A DNA stretch of 39,492 bases from NCBI GenBank assembly GCA_964369515.1, contig CAYJHK010000001.1, positions 1 through 39,492 on the forward strand, read 5' to 3'. The position numbers were made by a program, and so were the translations under genes. Positions 39,172-39,492 of this stretch are shown here, one piece after another. The notes beneath the pieces were generated by a model. It was not told the DNA's origin, ran no database searches, and worked only from the letters and a program-made list of their open reading frames with translations. How positions within the stretch are numbered: position 1 is the first letter of the stretch; every line of letters starts with the position of its first letter. The stretch comes from an uncultured Desulfovibrionaceae bacterium (GTDB lineage Bacteria > Desulfobacterota > Desulfovibrionia > Desulfovibrionales > Desulfovibrionaceae).

Positions 39172-39370
39172 TTATCAGTCCGTTGAAAAAATCTGTTCCA
39201 AAAAGTTTTTTAATAAAATGTTAACTTTATCGTTTTCCTACAGGTTGTTCAAAAAGTGTAAGATACGAGGAAGACGAAGTTTTTTTGCGTAGGGAGTGTA
39301 TACAGACATACATGACCGGAGCAAAAAACGAGTCTGACGAAGTAGATTGCACTTTTTCAACAGCCTGCTA
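39172..39370 (+). repeat. 199-bp repeat A, copy 2
   Basis: Near-identical to 16108-16306 in the same orientation. In both places it lies just 3' of a plus-strand gene. Confidence 0.85.
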
Positions 39371-39467
39371 GGTGACAAGTCCTTCCATTCCGCTTCCTTA
39401 ACCCTTTCCTCTTCCTTCTTCACATTAGTCAGAACAAGCACGTGATTCTAATTTTGTAAAAATTTTC

Positions 39468-39492
39468 TTGGGGGAGGGACCTTTTTGGAAAA
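39468..39492. repeat. left arm of a G/C-clamped hairpin, truncated by the window edge
   Basis: CTTGGGGGAGGGACCTTTTTGGAAAA is the reverse complement of the right arm and flank seen at 37-62. Confidence 0.5.

Overview
Gene-dense 39.5-kb window. All family calls come from reading motifs in the supplied translations; no database search was possible. The gene content suggests the chromosome of a Desulfovibrionaceae-type anaerobe (PFOR-Pta-AckA block, fused AccA-AccD carboxyltransferase, PAS-rich hybrid kinase, MCP, MotA/MotB stator). This taxonomic call is inference only. Positions 1-32.4 kb are mostly housekeeping: an MrfA/YprA-type helicase fused to an exonuclease domain, motA-motB-pilZ behind a sigma-28-like promoter, an acetyl-CoA-carboxylase-type cluster, ssb, an ABM monooxygenase, a Spo0M-like protein, a secreted beta-sandwich protein, an MCP, a RibD_C/DHFR-like reductase, an FKBP PPIase, por-pta-ackA, thiS-thiG-thiH, a 5xPAS hybrid histidine kinase and a secreted trypsin-like protease fused to Sel1 repeats. 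Positions 32.4-39.4 kb are visibly more AT-rich and packed with repeats. Two 282-bp structured repeats bracket four genes: a GmhA-like SIS isomerase, an HldE-like enzyme with its two domains in reversed order, a deoxyhypusine-synthase-like protein and a radical SAM/SPASM-like enzyme. A HAD-kinase fusion gene and a 199-bp repeat (second copy at 16.1 kb) follow. This cassette is my best candidate for an undescribed system: the four activities needed for NDP-heptose-type activation plus three enzymes with no role in the canonical pathway. The non-coding repeat families are also noteworthy: the 282-bp element carries a compensatory stem substitution, and there are inverted heptamer arrays, helically phased CGCAA[G/T] motifs and G/C-clamped hairpins. 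No CRISPR array, tRNA/rRNA, integrase or transposase gene was recognised.
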